Shown one piece after another: positions 55,814 through 64,000 of a stretch of 64,000 bases of DNA (positions are counted from its first letter, which is position 1; each line of letters starts with the position of its first letter). A program made the position numbers and the translations under genes. The stretch spans positions 18,470 through 82,469 of the forward strand of contig NZ_CALUYG010000004.1 of assembly GCF_944324935.1 (NCBI RefSeq), in the 5' to 3' direction. The notes beneath the pieces are model-generated. The model was given only the letters and a program-made list of their open reading frames with translations. It searched no databases and was not told the origin of the DNA. Source of the stretch: an uncultured Desulfovibrio sp. GTDB lineage: Bacteria > Desulfobacterota > Desulfovibrionia > Desulfovibrionales > Desulfovibrionaceae.

Positions 55814-55951
55814 GCGCCTGTTAACACAAGTTTGACAAATAATTTAAGTAGATAATGAAGTAGCTGAACGTGCTCAGCTTGCCTTTGGGGGTGGGCTCGC
55901 CTCGTGTCCCTGACTTCCCCCCAACAAACAGTAAATAGCGTCAACAGGCCC
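55814..55951. mobile_element. MITE-like family A, copy A3 (138 bp, internally deleted)
   Basis: GCGCCTGTTAACACAA...GTCAACAGGCCC; shares GCCTCGTGTCCCTGAC with the reverse complement of A1; flanks TAG/CAG. Confidence 0.7.
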
Positions 55952-56060
55952 CAGCGGGCCTTGCCGTGGTTGCCGGGGCGCGGACAGTCCCGCCTTTCAA
56001 GGGGTACTTCACCCTTTCCAGGCGGGAAGAGGCCTTCACGGCCGGTAGTGGCGATACGGA

Positions 56061-56163
56061 GAGGGCCTTTTTTGGTTGAGACGCTTTGCGTTGCAGACCA
56101 TGCCTGTCGTTTCGCGGGAGAATGCGGTTTTTCCGCTCGCGTGTGGCCGGACGGGGTGTTGCC
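56061..56163. repeat. Dispersed repeat family B, copy B3 (most diverged)
   Basis: GTTGAGACGCTTTGCGTTGCAGACCAT...TTTCGCGGGAGAATGCGGTTTTTCCGCTC aligns with B1 and B2. Confidence 0.6.
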
Positions 56164-56196
56164 GCCGCGCAGGTTGCTTTTGCAATGGACGCTTTC

Positions 56197-56240
56197 AAAA
56201 AAACAGGGGAGCCCGGACGATGCGCGTACCGGGCTCCCCT
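56197..56240 (-). terminator. Terminator after the ABC-transporter operon
   Basis: AGGGGAGCCCGG/CCGGGCTCCCCT stem followed by GTTTTTTT on the minus strand. Confidence 0.8.
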
Positions 56241-56263
56241 CCTTCTTTGGCGTCACAGCGGCA

Positions 56264-57223
56264 TCATTCCGCCCGCCGCGTGCCCTGCGCCGCGGCGGGA
56301 CGGGCATGCAGCCAGTGGCCGAGCATTTCCGCCGCCTCGATGGAACGCGGTCCGGGCCGGGAAAAAAGCTCTTCCTTCACTTCAAGGATGCGTCCCTCCC
56401 GTACGGCGCGCAGCTCCCGGTAATGCGGCCGTTCGGCCACGGGCTGCGGCGCGGGGTTCATGGGGCCGACCTGATAGATGTAGGCATCCGGGTCGGCGGC
56501 GAGGACGGCCTCCTCATTGAGGCGAACCAGCTTGCGCGGGGAATCCACCACGTTGATGCCCCCGGCGGCATTGATGAGGTCATTGACGATGCTGCCCTTG
56601 CCGGCCGCCAGCAGATTGGGGGACCCCGCCTCGAAAAAGACGCGCACCGCCGGCTCCGTGGCGTAGCTGTTGCGCAGGGCGGCCAGACGTCGTCGCCACT
56701 GCCCGACAAGGTTGGTGGCCTCCACCTCGCGCCCCACAAGCCGGCCGAGGGTCAGGGTCACCGTATACAGATCCTCCAGGGAGTTGAGCTCAAAGGTCAG
56801 GACGGGTATGCCCAGTTCCCGCAGGTGCTCCGTCTGGCTCCCCGCTTCCCGGCGGCCCTTCATCTGCAGGATGACGTCCGGCTTCCGGGCCACGATGAGC
56901 TCGGCATTGGGCTGCATGTGCGTGCCGATGGCCGGAAGGCCGGCCAGTTCCGGCAGATGCTCGTCGGCGGCGGTGCGGGCCACGATGACGTCCCGCGCGC
57001 CCAGCGCCAGCAGAATCTCGTTGAAGGAACCGTACAGGGAGATGACGCGGCGTACCGGGATGGGCAGTCCCTTGCCTTGTCCGTCCTGGGTGCTGAGGGT
57101 GATGCTGCTCCTGATGGGGACCGTCGCGGCGGCATCAGCCGCGCGGGACGTCCCCGGCGGACAGCAGAGGCCCGCCAGCAGCCCCAGACAGAACAGCACG
57201 CGGCACAGTTTCCTCGTCCGCAT
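56264..57223 (-). CDS. ABC transporter substrate-binding protein (BtuF/FecB class)
   Basis: Signal peptide; RRVISLYGSFNEILLALG, PNAELIVARKPDVI, SRPGPRSIEA. Confidence 0.85.
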   Translation of the reverse strand: MRTRKLCRVLFCLGLLAGLCCPPGTSRAADAAATVPIRSSITLSTQDGQGKGLPIPVRRVISLYGSFNEILLALGARDVIVARTAADEHLPELAGLPAIGTHMQPNAELIVARKPDVILQMKGRREAGSQTEHLRELGIPVLTFELNSLEDLYTVTLTLGRLVGREVEATNLVGQWRRRLAALRNSYATEPAVRVFFEAGSPNLLAAGKGSIVNDLINAAGGINVVDSPRKLVRLNEEAVLAADPDAYIYQVGPMNPAPQPVAERPHYRELRAVREGRILEVKEELFSRPGPRSIEAAEMLGHWLHARPAAAQGTRRAE

Positions 57224-58004
57224 GGTACGGGCCGTGCGGACAGGCGGGAAGCGCCTGCGGCAGGCCGTTACGCGGATGGGCAAAGACGCAAAGGGAAAGA
57301 TCGTAGAGGGCACCGAGATTTTCCTCCGTAAAAACCGTCTCCGGGGGACCGTCAAAGAGTACGCGGCCCTGCTTGAGCCCCACAAGGCGCGTGGCGTACT
57401 GGGCCGCCAGGCTGCAATCATGCACGGCCATGACGATGGCCATGCCGGCCCGACGGCGCTGCTCCAGCAGGTCGAAGAGTTCCACCACCCGCGCCCAGTC
57501 AAGGGCGGCCGCCAGTTCGTCCAGCAGCAGCAGGCGGCTTTCCTGCGCCAGGGCGCGGGCCAGCATCACCCGCTGTACCTCGCCGCCGGAAAGCTCCCCC
57601 ATGCGGCGATGGGCCAGCTCCCGCGCTCCCGCGCTGGCCAGGGCCTGATCGGCCACGGCATGGTCGTGGGTGGTGTAGGTTCCCCACCAGCCAAGGTGGG
57701 CATAGCGACCCAGCAGCACCATGTCCCGGACGAGCTGGGAGGCGAAGAATTCCGCGCGCTGGGGGACGACGGCTATCCGCCGGGCACGCTCGCGGGGAGG
57801 CAGGGTCGCGGGCCCCCTGCCCTCCAGGAGGACGCGTCCGGCAGCGGGCGCAAGCTGCCCGGCCAGTACGCGCAGCAGCGTGGTCTTGCCGCTGCCGTTG
57901 TGCCCGAGCAGGGCCACGCTTTCGCCGGGGGCCACCGTCAGGCTGACGTCGTGCAGCACGTCCCGTCCGGGATAGCCTGCGCGGACATGTTCACAGCACA
58001 GCAT
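57135..58004 (-). CDS. ABC transporter ATP-binding protein (BtuD/FepC class)
   Basis: GHNGSGKT Walker A, LSGGE signature, LLLDE Walker B, AVHD. Confidence 0.9.
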   Translation of the reverse strand: MLCCEHVRAGYPGRDVLHDVSLTVAPGESVALLGHNGSGKTTLLRVLAGQLAPAAGRVLLEGRGPATLPPRERARRIAVVPQRAEFFASQLVRDMVLLGRYAHLGWWGTYTTHDHAVADQALASAGARELAHRRMGELSGGEVQRVMLARALAQESRLLLLDELAAALDWARVVELFDLLEQRRRAGMAIVMAVHDCSLAAQYATRLVGLKQGRVLFDGPPETVFTEENLGALYDLSLCVFAHPRNGLPQALPACPHGPYHADEETVPRAVLSGAAGGPLLSAGDVPRG

Positions 58005-59044
58005 CAGCGCCTCCGCAGCATCACGCCGAAAAATGGCCCGCCCAGCAGGGAGGTGACGACGCCTACCGGCAGTTCGCGGCCGCCGTCCAGGACGCCGCGC
58101 GCCAGCACATCCGCCCAGAGCAGGAGGATGCCCCCGCCGAAAAAGGCGCCGATCAGCAGGGGGGCATGGCGCACGCCCAGCCGCAGGCGCAGCAGATGCG
58201 GCACCACGAGGCCCACAAAGCCTATAACGCCCGTCACGGCAACGCAACCCGCCGTCATGCAGCTTGCGCCGGCCAGCAGCCAGAAGCGGGCCCGCCCGAC
58301 ATGCAGGCCCACCTGAGCGGCCTGTTCGTCGCCCAGCGCCAGCACGTCCAGCGCCCGCCAGTGCAGCGCCACGGCCAGCAGGCCCGGCAGCAGGGTCAGC
58401 AGCAGCAGCGGCAGGGCCTGCCAGCCGCGCCCCTGCAGGCTGCCCATGATCCAGAAGACGATGCTGGTGACGGATTCCTCGTTGAGGGCCTTGATGAGCG
58501 CCACCAGCGCCCCCAGAAAGGCCGACATGGCGATGCCCGCCAGGATGACGGTCTCCCGCCGGAAGCCGCCGTCCCCCCTGCCCAGCCAGAGTGTGCCGGC
58601 CAGCGCCAGCAGCGCGCCCGCAAGGGCGCACAGGGAGATGAGGCTCATGCCGTTGGCCCCCAGGCGAACGGTCAGGCCCAGCGAACCGCCGAGGGCGATG
58701 GCGATGCTGGCGCCGCAGGCCGCCCCGGAAGAGATGCCGAGGGTGAAGGGGTCGGCCAGCGGATTGCGCAGGACGCCCTGAAGGGCCACGCCGGCCACGG
58801 CCAGCGTGCCGCCGCACAGCAGGGCCAGCACGGCCCGTGAAAGCCGTATCTCGCTGATGACCGAGCAGGCCACGGGGTCCACGCCGCTTTCGCCGAATCC
58901 GGCCATCCCGGCAAAGACGGACCAGATCTCGGGCAGCGTCAGCGAGACCGGCCCGCCGAGGCAGGACAACGGGACGGACGCCAGCCAGAGCAGGACGATG
59001 CCGGCAAGCAGACCGGCGGGGGACAGGAAACGGCGGGGCGGCAT
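58004..59044 (-). CDS. FecCD/BtuC-family permease
   Basis: EIRLSRA, LQGVLRNPLADPFTLGISSGA, IGFVGLVVPHLLR, ELPVGVVTSLLGGPFF. Confidence 0.9.
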   Translation of the reverse strand: MPPRRFLSPAGLLAGIVLLWLASVPLSCLGGPVSLTLPEIWSVFAGMAGFGESGVDPVACSVISEIRLSRAVLALLCGGTLAVAGVALQGVLRNPLADPFTLGISSGAACGASIAIALGGSLGLTVRLGANGMSLISLCALAGALLALAGTLWLGRGDGGFRRETVILAGIAMSAFLGALVALIKALNEESVTSIVFWIMGSLQGRGWQALPLLLLTLLPGLLAVALHWRALDVLALGDEQAAQVGLHVGRARFWLLAGASCMTAGCVAVTGVIGFVGLVVPHLLRLRLGVRHAPLLIGAFFGGGILLLWADVLARGVLDGGRELPVGVVTSLLGGPFFGVMLRRR

Positions 59045-59078
59045 GGCTATCCGTCCCTTTGCGGGCAGCCGGCGAACA

Positions 59079-59837
59079 TCAGTCCTCCCGCAGCCAGATA
59101 AGGCTCGCCTGTCGGCCCGACGCCGGATGGCGGCGATGGGAGAAGCAAAGCCGGGGATTGCTGGCCGTACAGATGTCCACGCCGAAGATATGGCGCGCCT
59201 CAAGGCCGGCTTCCAGCAGTTGATGCCGGGTCAGGCCCCAGAGGTCAACGGTCCGGTTTTCGGGCTGGAACCACGGCCGGAAGCCCTCGCCCCATTCCGT
59301 GTCGAAATGGATGAATTCGGCCCGGTCAGGGCCGAGGCTCGGCCCGCGCACCGCCAGGATGTCCCGCGGCGAAAGGCGGTAGCGCTCGCAGAAGCGCCGT
59401 ACGGCCGACTGCGGGAAACCGCGGCGGTTGCCCCGCCAGCCCACATGCAGGGCGGCGATGTGGCGGCCGCCCGTATGGGCCAGCAGAATGGGCTGACAGT
59501 CCGCCGTCTTGATGCAGAGGGGCAGCCCGGGCCTGTCGGTGGCCATGCCGTCCCCTTCCGCCACGGGCTGCGCCTCCGCGGCGACGGGTTCGGGATCGAA
59601 AAGCAGGCCGTCGCCGTGTACCTGGCGCAGTTCCGCCCAGTGCGCGATATGCAGCCCTGCCGCCAGCCCGCGGCGGGCGGCCAGCACGTTTTCCGCCGGA
59701 TCGCCGTTCACGGCAAAGGAAATGTTGCCGCCGGAAGCGGGCGCATCCGGCGCGGGGTCCCGGCGCAGCTGGAAGGCGCAGCCGACCTGCGGCAGACCGG
59801 GGAAGTGGAAGGCGAGCACGTTTACAGACATAGCCAC
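59079..59837 (-). CDS. pgeF: PgeF/YfiH (laccase-like, purine nucleoside phosphorylase) protein
   Basis: LRQVHG, IKTADCQPILL, AALHVGWRG, GPSLG, FSHRR...GRQ. Confidence 0.88.
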   Translation of the reverse strand: MAMSVNVLAFHFPGLPQVGCAFQLRRDPAPDAPASGGNISFAVNGDPAENVLAARRGLAAGLHIAHWAELRQVHGDGLLFDPEPVAAEAQPVAEGDGMATDRPGLPLCIKTADCQPILLAHTGGRHIAALHVGWRGNRRGFPQSAVRRFCERYRLSPRDILAVRGPSLGPDRAEFIHFDTEWGEGFRPWFQPENRTVDLWGLTRHQLLEAGLEARHIFGVDICTASNPRLCFSHRRHPASGRQASLIWLRED

Positions 59838-60439
59838 TCCCTGTCCGTACAGATATGGGTCATGCGTTCATCCCACGGTTCGGCGGGCAGTTCCTCCTGG
59901 AGCTGGCAGTGGTAGCACAACCCTACGAAGGCGCGCGGGCCGTCGTCTTCCCGCGCGCGCACGGCGGAAAGGAAGCGGTCGTAATAGCCGCCGCCGAAGC
60001 CCAGCCGCCTGCCCTGCCGGTCAAAGCCCAGTCCGGGCACGATGAACACGTCCGGCCGGAATGCCGTGCCCGCATCTTCCGGGCCGAAGCCCGGCAGATC
60101 GTCCCGCGGCTCCAGCAGTTGGAAGGGACCGGGGCGCAGCTCCTCCCGGCCGCGCACGGACACGAAGTCCATAAGGCCGTACTGCTGGCGGACGCGGGGC
60201 AGGTAGAGCGTCTTTCCGGCCTGCCAGGCGGCATCCAGCAGCGGGGCGGTATCCAGCTCATCCGGCAGGGAAACATAGAGGACGACGCCCTTCGCCTGCC
60301 GCCAGAGGGAAGACGCCAGCAAATGCGCGTGCGCCCGCGCCGCGAGCTCCCCGCCCCGTGTGGCGGCGACGTCCCGCCGGGCCTGCCGCAGCCGGGCGCG
60401 CAGGGCTTTTTTCCGTTCCGGTAAAGAGGTGGCGGACAT
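59822..60439 (-). CDS. ygfA: 5-formyltetrahydrofolate cyclo-ligase
   Basis: YVSLPDELDT, LYLPRV, VPGLGFDRQGRRLGFGGGYYDRFL, LPAEPWD. Confidence 0.92.
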   Translation of the reverse strand: MSATSLPERKKALRARLRQARRDVAATRGGELAARAHAHLLASSLWRQAKGVVLYVSLPDELDTAPLLDAAWQAGKTLYLPRVRQQYGLMDFVSVRGREELRPGPFQLLEPRDDLPGFGPEDAGTAFRPDVFIVPGLGFDRQGRRLGFGGGYYDRFLSAVRAREDDGPRAFVGLCYHCQLQEELPAEPWDERMTHICTDREWLCL

Positions 60440-60509
60440 AGTGCTTTCCTTGTGACGTAAAATATGGCACAGTCTTTGGCGTTGCAAGCCTAACAAAGGA
60501 AGTGTGACC

Positions 60510-61205
60510 ATGCCAAGCCTCCCCAAGCAGGATTATCTGTGGATCGCCGTAGGCGACATACATGACGATGCGGCGTGCTTTGCCCGTATTCCCGAACTGG
60601 CGCAGGCCGACGGGATCATCGTCACCGGCGATCTGACCATCACCGGCGGCGCCAAGCAGGCCGAGCTTGTGATGGATGTCCTGTGGCGGCACTGCCCCGT
60701 GGTCTGGGCGCAGATCGGCAATATGGACCGGCCGGAAGTGGACGCCTGGCTGAGCGAGAAGGGATGCAACCTGCATGCCCGCGTACAGGAACTGACGCCG
60801 GACATCGCCCTGTTCGGGGTCGGCGGCTCCACCTTCACGCCCTTCGGGACGCCCAGCGAATTCCCGGAAGTCAGCTTCTCGGAATGGCTCAATGCCTGCT
60901 GGCAGCGGGCGCGCCTCTATCCGCACACCATTCTCGTGTCCCATAACCCGCCCAAGGATACGGCCTGCGACGTCATCCCCGGCGATGTGCATGTGGGCTC
61001 CACGGCGGTGCGTGAATTTCTGGAAGAGGCCCAGCCGGAGCTCTGCCTGTGCGGGCATATCCATGAGGCGCGGGCCATCGACCGCGTGGGCCGTACGCTG
61101 GTGGTCAATCCCGGCGCGCTGGCCCAGGGCGGGTATGTGGTCGTGCGCAGCAACGACGGGCAGCTTTCCGCCGAGCTCTGCCGTCTCGATCTGCGGGAAA
61201 GCTGA
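60510..61205 (+). CDS. Calcineurin-like metallophosphoesterase
   Basis: GDIH, TGD, GNMD, SH and CGHIHE motifs. Confidence 0.88.
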   Translation: MPSLPKQDYLWIAVGDIHDDAACFARIPELAQADGIIVTGDLTITGGAKQAELVMDVLWRHCPVVWAQIGNMDRPEVDAWLSEKGCNLHARVQELTPDIALFGVGGSTFTPFGTPSEFPEVSFSEWLNACWQRARLYPHTILVSHNPPKDTACDVIPGDVHVGSTAVREFLEEAQPELCLCGHIHEARAIDRVGRTLVVNPGALAQGGYVVVRSNDGQLSAELCRLDLRES

Positions 61206-61544
61206 GCGGATCGGGAGCCCTGCCGTGTTGCCGTCCTTGCGGGACGACGCGGCGGGGCGGATGCCGGAAGCCCCGGCATGGTATCGACGGCAAATTTCGG
61301 GAGGCCGGGCCGGATGCCCCGCTCCCCCTTCCGCCGGGGATCTTCCGTGCGGACGATGATATTTTGACAGACAGCCCTCTCGACGCTGGCGCGGGCCCCC
61401 TGCCGGATATGCCGGCAGCGCTGGGGTTTTCGCAGCCGCGGACAGCCTGTGCGGCGTGTCCGTTCCCTTGCGGAGCAGCGGCTCCGCGCGTGCGATGGCT
61501 GCAAACATTTTTTGACTGCGGACAGCAGTCCCATAAGGAATGGT

Positions 61545-64000
61545 ATGACATCCCATCAGGAAAAGCCTGAAGGAAGCGAATCCCTCGCTGCCGAGACGGC
61601 CGGTACGGCCGATTCCCCTGTGATGGCCGCGGTGGCGGCCGATGACCCCTCCTCCGAATCCTCTTCTTCCCCGCAACGCGGGGCACGCGCTTCCCGCCGC
61701 AAGAGTGACGGCGCAGCCGATGCCGTGAGCGCTCCCCGCAAACGCCGCAGCCGCCGTACGGCGGATGAGACAGCGGCGGAGGCGGACGCCGTGCAGGCTG
61801 AGGCCTCGCCTGAAGCGGAGCCTGCTGCCGCGCCGGCCAGGACCGCTTCGCCACGCAAAGGCCGCCGGACGGGCGCTGCCCGCAGCGCCGCCAGTGCCGG
61901 GGACGACACGACGGCAACGCTCCCTGTCGGAGAGGACGCCTCTCCGGCGACGAGCGGGGAGGAGACGCCCTCCCCTGCCCGCGGGACGCGCGGCGCCGCC
62001 AGGGGACGCACCAGAAAAACGGCGCAGGCGGCGTCCGCCCCTGCGGAGAGCGGCGTGCAGGATGCGGCTGCCGCTCCCGCTGCTGAAGGAGCGCCGCAGG
62101 ATGCCGCGCCGGATGGGGAGGGGGCAGCCGCTCCCCGGCGTACTTCCCGTACCGGACGCAGCCGCAAGAAAGACGCTGCCGGACAGGAACGGAGCGATCA
62201 GGCCGCCGGCGGACAGGACGCGCAGCCGTCCAGCGCCAAAGCTGATGCGGAAACGGCGGATGCGTCTGTGCGGGAAGATGGCGAAGCGACCGCCCCAGCC
62301 CCCCGCAAAACGGCGGCCCGTGGCAGGAAGCGCGACAGCGCGGCGGAAGCTGCCGCGTCCGCAGGGGAAGCGGCGACGCCAGCCATGCCGGCCCTGGAAC
62401 AACAGGATATGCTCCCGCCTGCCCTGCAGGAAACACGCCCAGTGCCCGTCCTGCGCGAACAGTCCCTGCCGGTCCCTGTGCCGGCGGCAGCAACGGGACC
62501 GGAAGCGACGGGTGAAAGCACGGAAGCCGCCGCCTCTGACGCCGTGGAAACGGAAGAGGAAGGCGTTCGCCGCAAGAGCCGGCGCGGCCGCCGGGGCGGC
62601 CGGGGACGCAACCGCAAGAACCGTCAGGGAAGCGAAACGGCGGAAACGCCGTCGCTGAGCGAGATATTTGCCGGAGGGGACGACACGGATGCCTCCTCCG
62701 CCCTGGAGTCGGCGGAGCCCGCGACAGGGGAAGAAAACGCCGAACCGGCCAGGAAGGGCAGCGTGCGCGCGGCGGCGGTCAAGGCCAGGGCGGCCTCCTC
62801 CACGGGGCGGCAGCGCATGTTCATCAGCATCCTGCCCGGCGAACAGGTGGAAGTGGCGCTCGCCGAGGAAGGCGTGCTGCTGGAATACTACCTTGACATG
62901 CTGCACCAGAAGAAGCTCAAGGGCAATATCTACAAGGGCGTCATCCACAATATCGACACCAACCTGCAGGCGGCCTTCGTCAGCTACGGCGCGGGCAAGA
63001 ACGGCTTTTTGCAGATCGACGAGGTGCACCCCGAATACTGGCTGACCCACCATGAACCGGCCAAAGGCAAGAAGTATCCGCCTATCCAGAAGGTGCTCAA
63101 GGCCGGGCAGGAAGTGCTTGTGCAGGTCGTCAAGGAACCCAACGGCAGCAAGGGGGCCTTCCTCACCACCTGGCTGTCGCTGGCCGGGCGCTTTCTCGTG
63201 CTGACGCCGGGCCAGGAGCAGATCGGCGTCTCGCGCAAGGTGGACAATGACGAGGAGCGGGCCCGGCTGCGCGAGATGATGAACGGCATCGATCCCGGCG
63301 AGGGGCTGGGTGTCATCGTCCGCACGGTGAGCGCGGGGGTCACCAAGACCATCCTGCGCAGCGATCTGCAATATCTCAAGCGCGTCTGGAAGGACATCCG
63401 CAAAAAGGCTACGGAAGTGGCGGCTCCGGCCCTCATCCATGAGGAACCTGGCCTGCCGGAACGGGCCGTGCGCGACTACCTGACCGACGACGTGTGCGAG
63501 ATATGGGTGGACAACGAGGCGCTTGCCGAAAGCATCCGCGATATGGTGAGCCAGCTCTTCCCGCGCAAGAAGGATCTGGTGCGTCTGCATTCGGACACGC
63601 GGCATACTCTCTGGGAGCGCTTCAATCTGCGCCGACAGCTTGATCAGATCTATTCCCGCGAAGTGACGCTGCCTTCGGGCGGGCGGCTGGTCTTTGACCA
63701 GACGGAAGCCCTCATGGCCGTGGACATCAACTCCGGCAAGATCTCCGGCAAGGTCAACTTCGAGTCCATGGCCTTCAAGACCAATGTGGAAGCGGCGGAG
63801 ACCATCGCCCGACAGCTCAAGCTGCGCGACATCGGCGGACAGGTGGTCATCGACTTCATCGAGATGCGTGATCGCAAACATGTCCTGGAAGTAGAAAAGA
63901 CCCTGCGCGCAGCCATGAAGAACGATCGTGCCCGGCACGATGTGGGCCGCATGAGTTCTTTCGGGCTGCTGGAGCTGGTGCGGCAGCGCATGGGGTCCTC
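61545..64000 (+). CDS. rne: Ribonuclease E/G family protein, truncated by the window end
   Basis: In-frame low-complexity N-terminus from ATG 61545 to MFISILPG at 62817; KGNIYKG, AAFVSYG, VQVVKEP..KGA, AVDINSGK, LRDIGGQVVIDFI; absent from the ORF track because there is no stop in the window. Confidence 0.92.
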   Translation, partial: MTSHQEKPEGSESLAAETAGTADSPVMAAVAADDPSSESSSSPQRGARASRRKSDGAADAVSAPRKRRSRRTADETAAEADAVQAEASPEAEPAAAPARTASPRKGRRTGAARSAASAGDDTTATLPVGEDASPATSGEETPSPARGTRGAARGRTRKTAQAASAPAESGVQDAAAAPAAEGAPQDAAPDGEGAAAPRRTSRTGRSRKKDAAGQERSDQAAGGQDAQPSSAKADAETADASVREDGEATAPAPRKTAARGRKRDSAAEAAASAGEAATPAMPALEQQDMLPPALQETRPVPVLREQSLPVPVPAAATGPEATGESTEAAASDAVETEEEGVRRKSRRGRRGGRGRNRKNRQGSETAETPSLSEIFAGGDDTDASSALESAEPATGEENAEPARKGSVRAAAVKARAASSTGRQRMFISILPGEQVEVALAEEGVLLEYYLDMLHQKKLKGNIYKGVIHNIDTNLQAAFVSYGAGKNGFLQIDEVHPEYWLTHHEPAKGKKYPPIQKVLKAGQEVLVQVVKEPNGSKGAFLTTWLSLAGRFLVLTPGQEQIGVSRKVDNDEERARLREMMNGIDPGEGLGVIVRTVSAGVTKTILRSDLQYLKRVWKDIRKKATEVAAPALIHEEPGLPERAVRDYLTDDVCEIWVDNEALAESIRDMVSQLFPRKKDLVRLHSDTRHTLWERFNLRRQLDQIYSREVTLPSGGRLVFDQTEALMAVDINSGKISGKVNFESMAFKTNVEAAETIARQLKLRDIGGQVVIDFIEMRDRKHVLEVEKTLRAAMKNDRARHDVGRMSSFGLLELVRQRMGS

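Noticed and set aside
60464-60485. TGGCACAGTCTTTGG as a sigma54 promoter
   Set aside because: The -12 position reads GG, not GC
59045-60509. Cobalamin riboswitch for the Btu-like genes, or 6S RNA ahead of ygfA
   Set aside because: No space or consensus: the gaps are 34 nt before the permease and 70 nt before ygfA
1-64000. CRISPR array, prophage or defence operon
   Set aside because: No regularly spaced repeats with unique spacers, and no cas, phage structural, restriction or toxin motifs recognised

Overview
GC-rich chromosomal window from a Desulfovibrio-like sulfate reducer. The taxonomy is inferred from gene order and protein similarity, not from a database search. It is mostly housekeeping: ispG-proS-xseA-M23-xseB-ispA-dxs; sirC-ccsA-hemA-hyp-tilS; two glycosyltransferases; cpoB-dprA-xerC; ppaC; rpmB; rluB; pgm; rpsA-degP; mtgA; tRNA-Met; uppP; ricT-metG; HD hydrolase-pfk-addAB; a FabX/nitronate-monooxygenase-like flavoprotein; a ygfA-pgeF-btuCDF-like operon; and rne, which runs off the right end. 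There is one small accessory island at about 30.9-33.6 kb: a very AT-rich acyltransferase-3 gene, a decayed IS481, and an intact IS5-family element inserted into that IS481. No CRISPR array, prophage or recognisable defence system was found. The best unexplained signals are non-coding. (1) A sigma54-type -24/-12 motif points into an ORF-free, hairpin-rich stretch ending at a terminator, a candidate ~125-nt sRNA at 18.08-18.21 kb. (2) Two families of short dispersed repeats have three copies each; one family has terminal inverted repeats, with a 3-bp target duplication at one copy, and a copy of the other family supplies the last codons and stop of tilS. (3) A ~55-bp relic of the IS481 leader is repeated at both edges of the acyltransferase island. 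Start codons were re-chosen by eye from RBS and homology-like motifs, and all alignments were done by hand.
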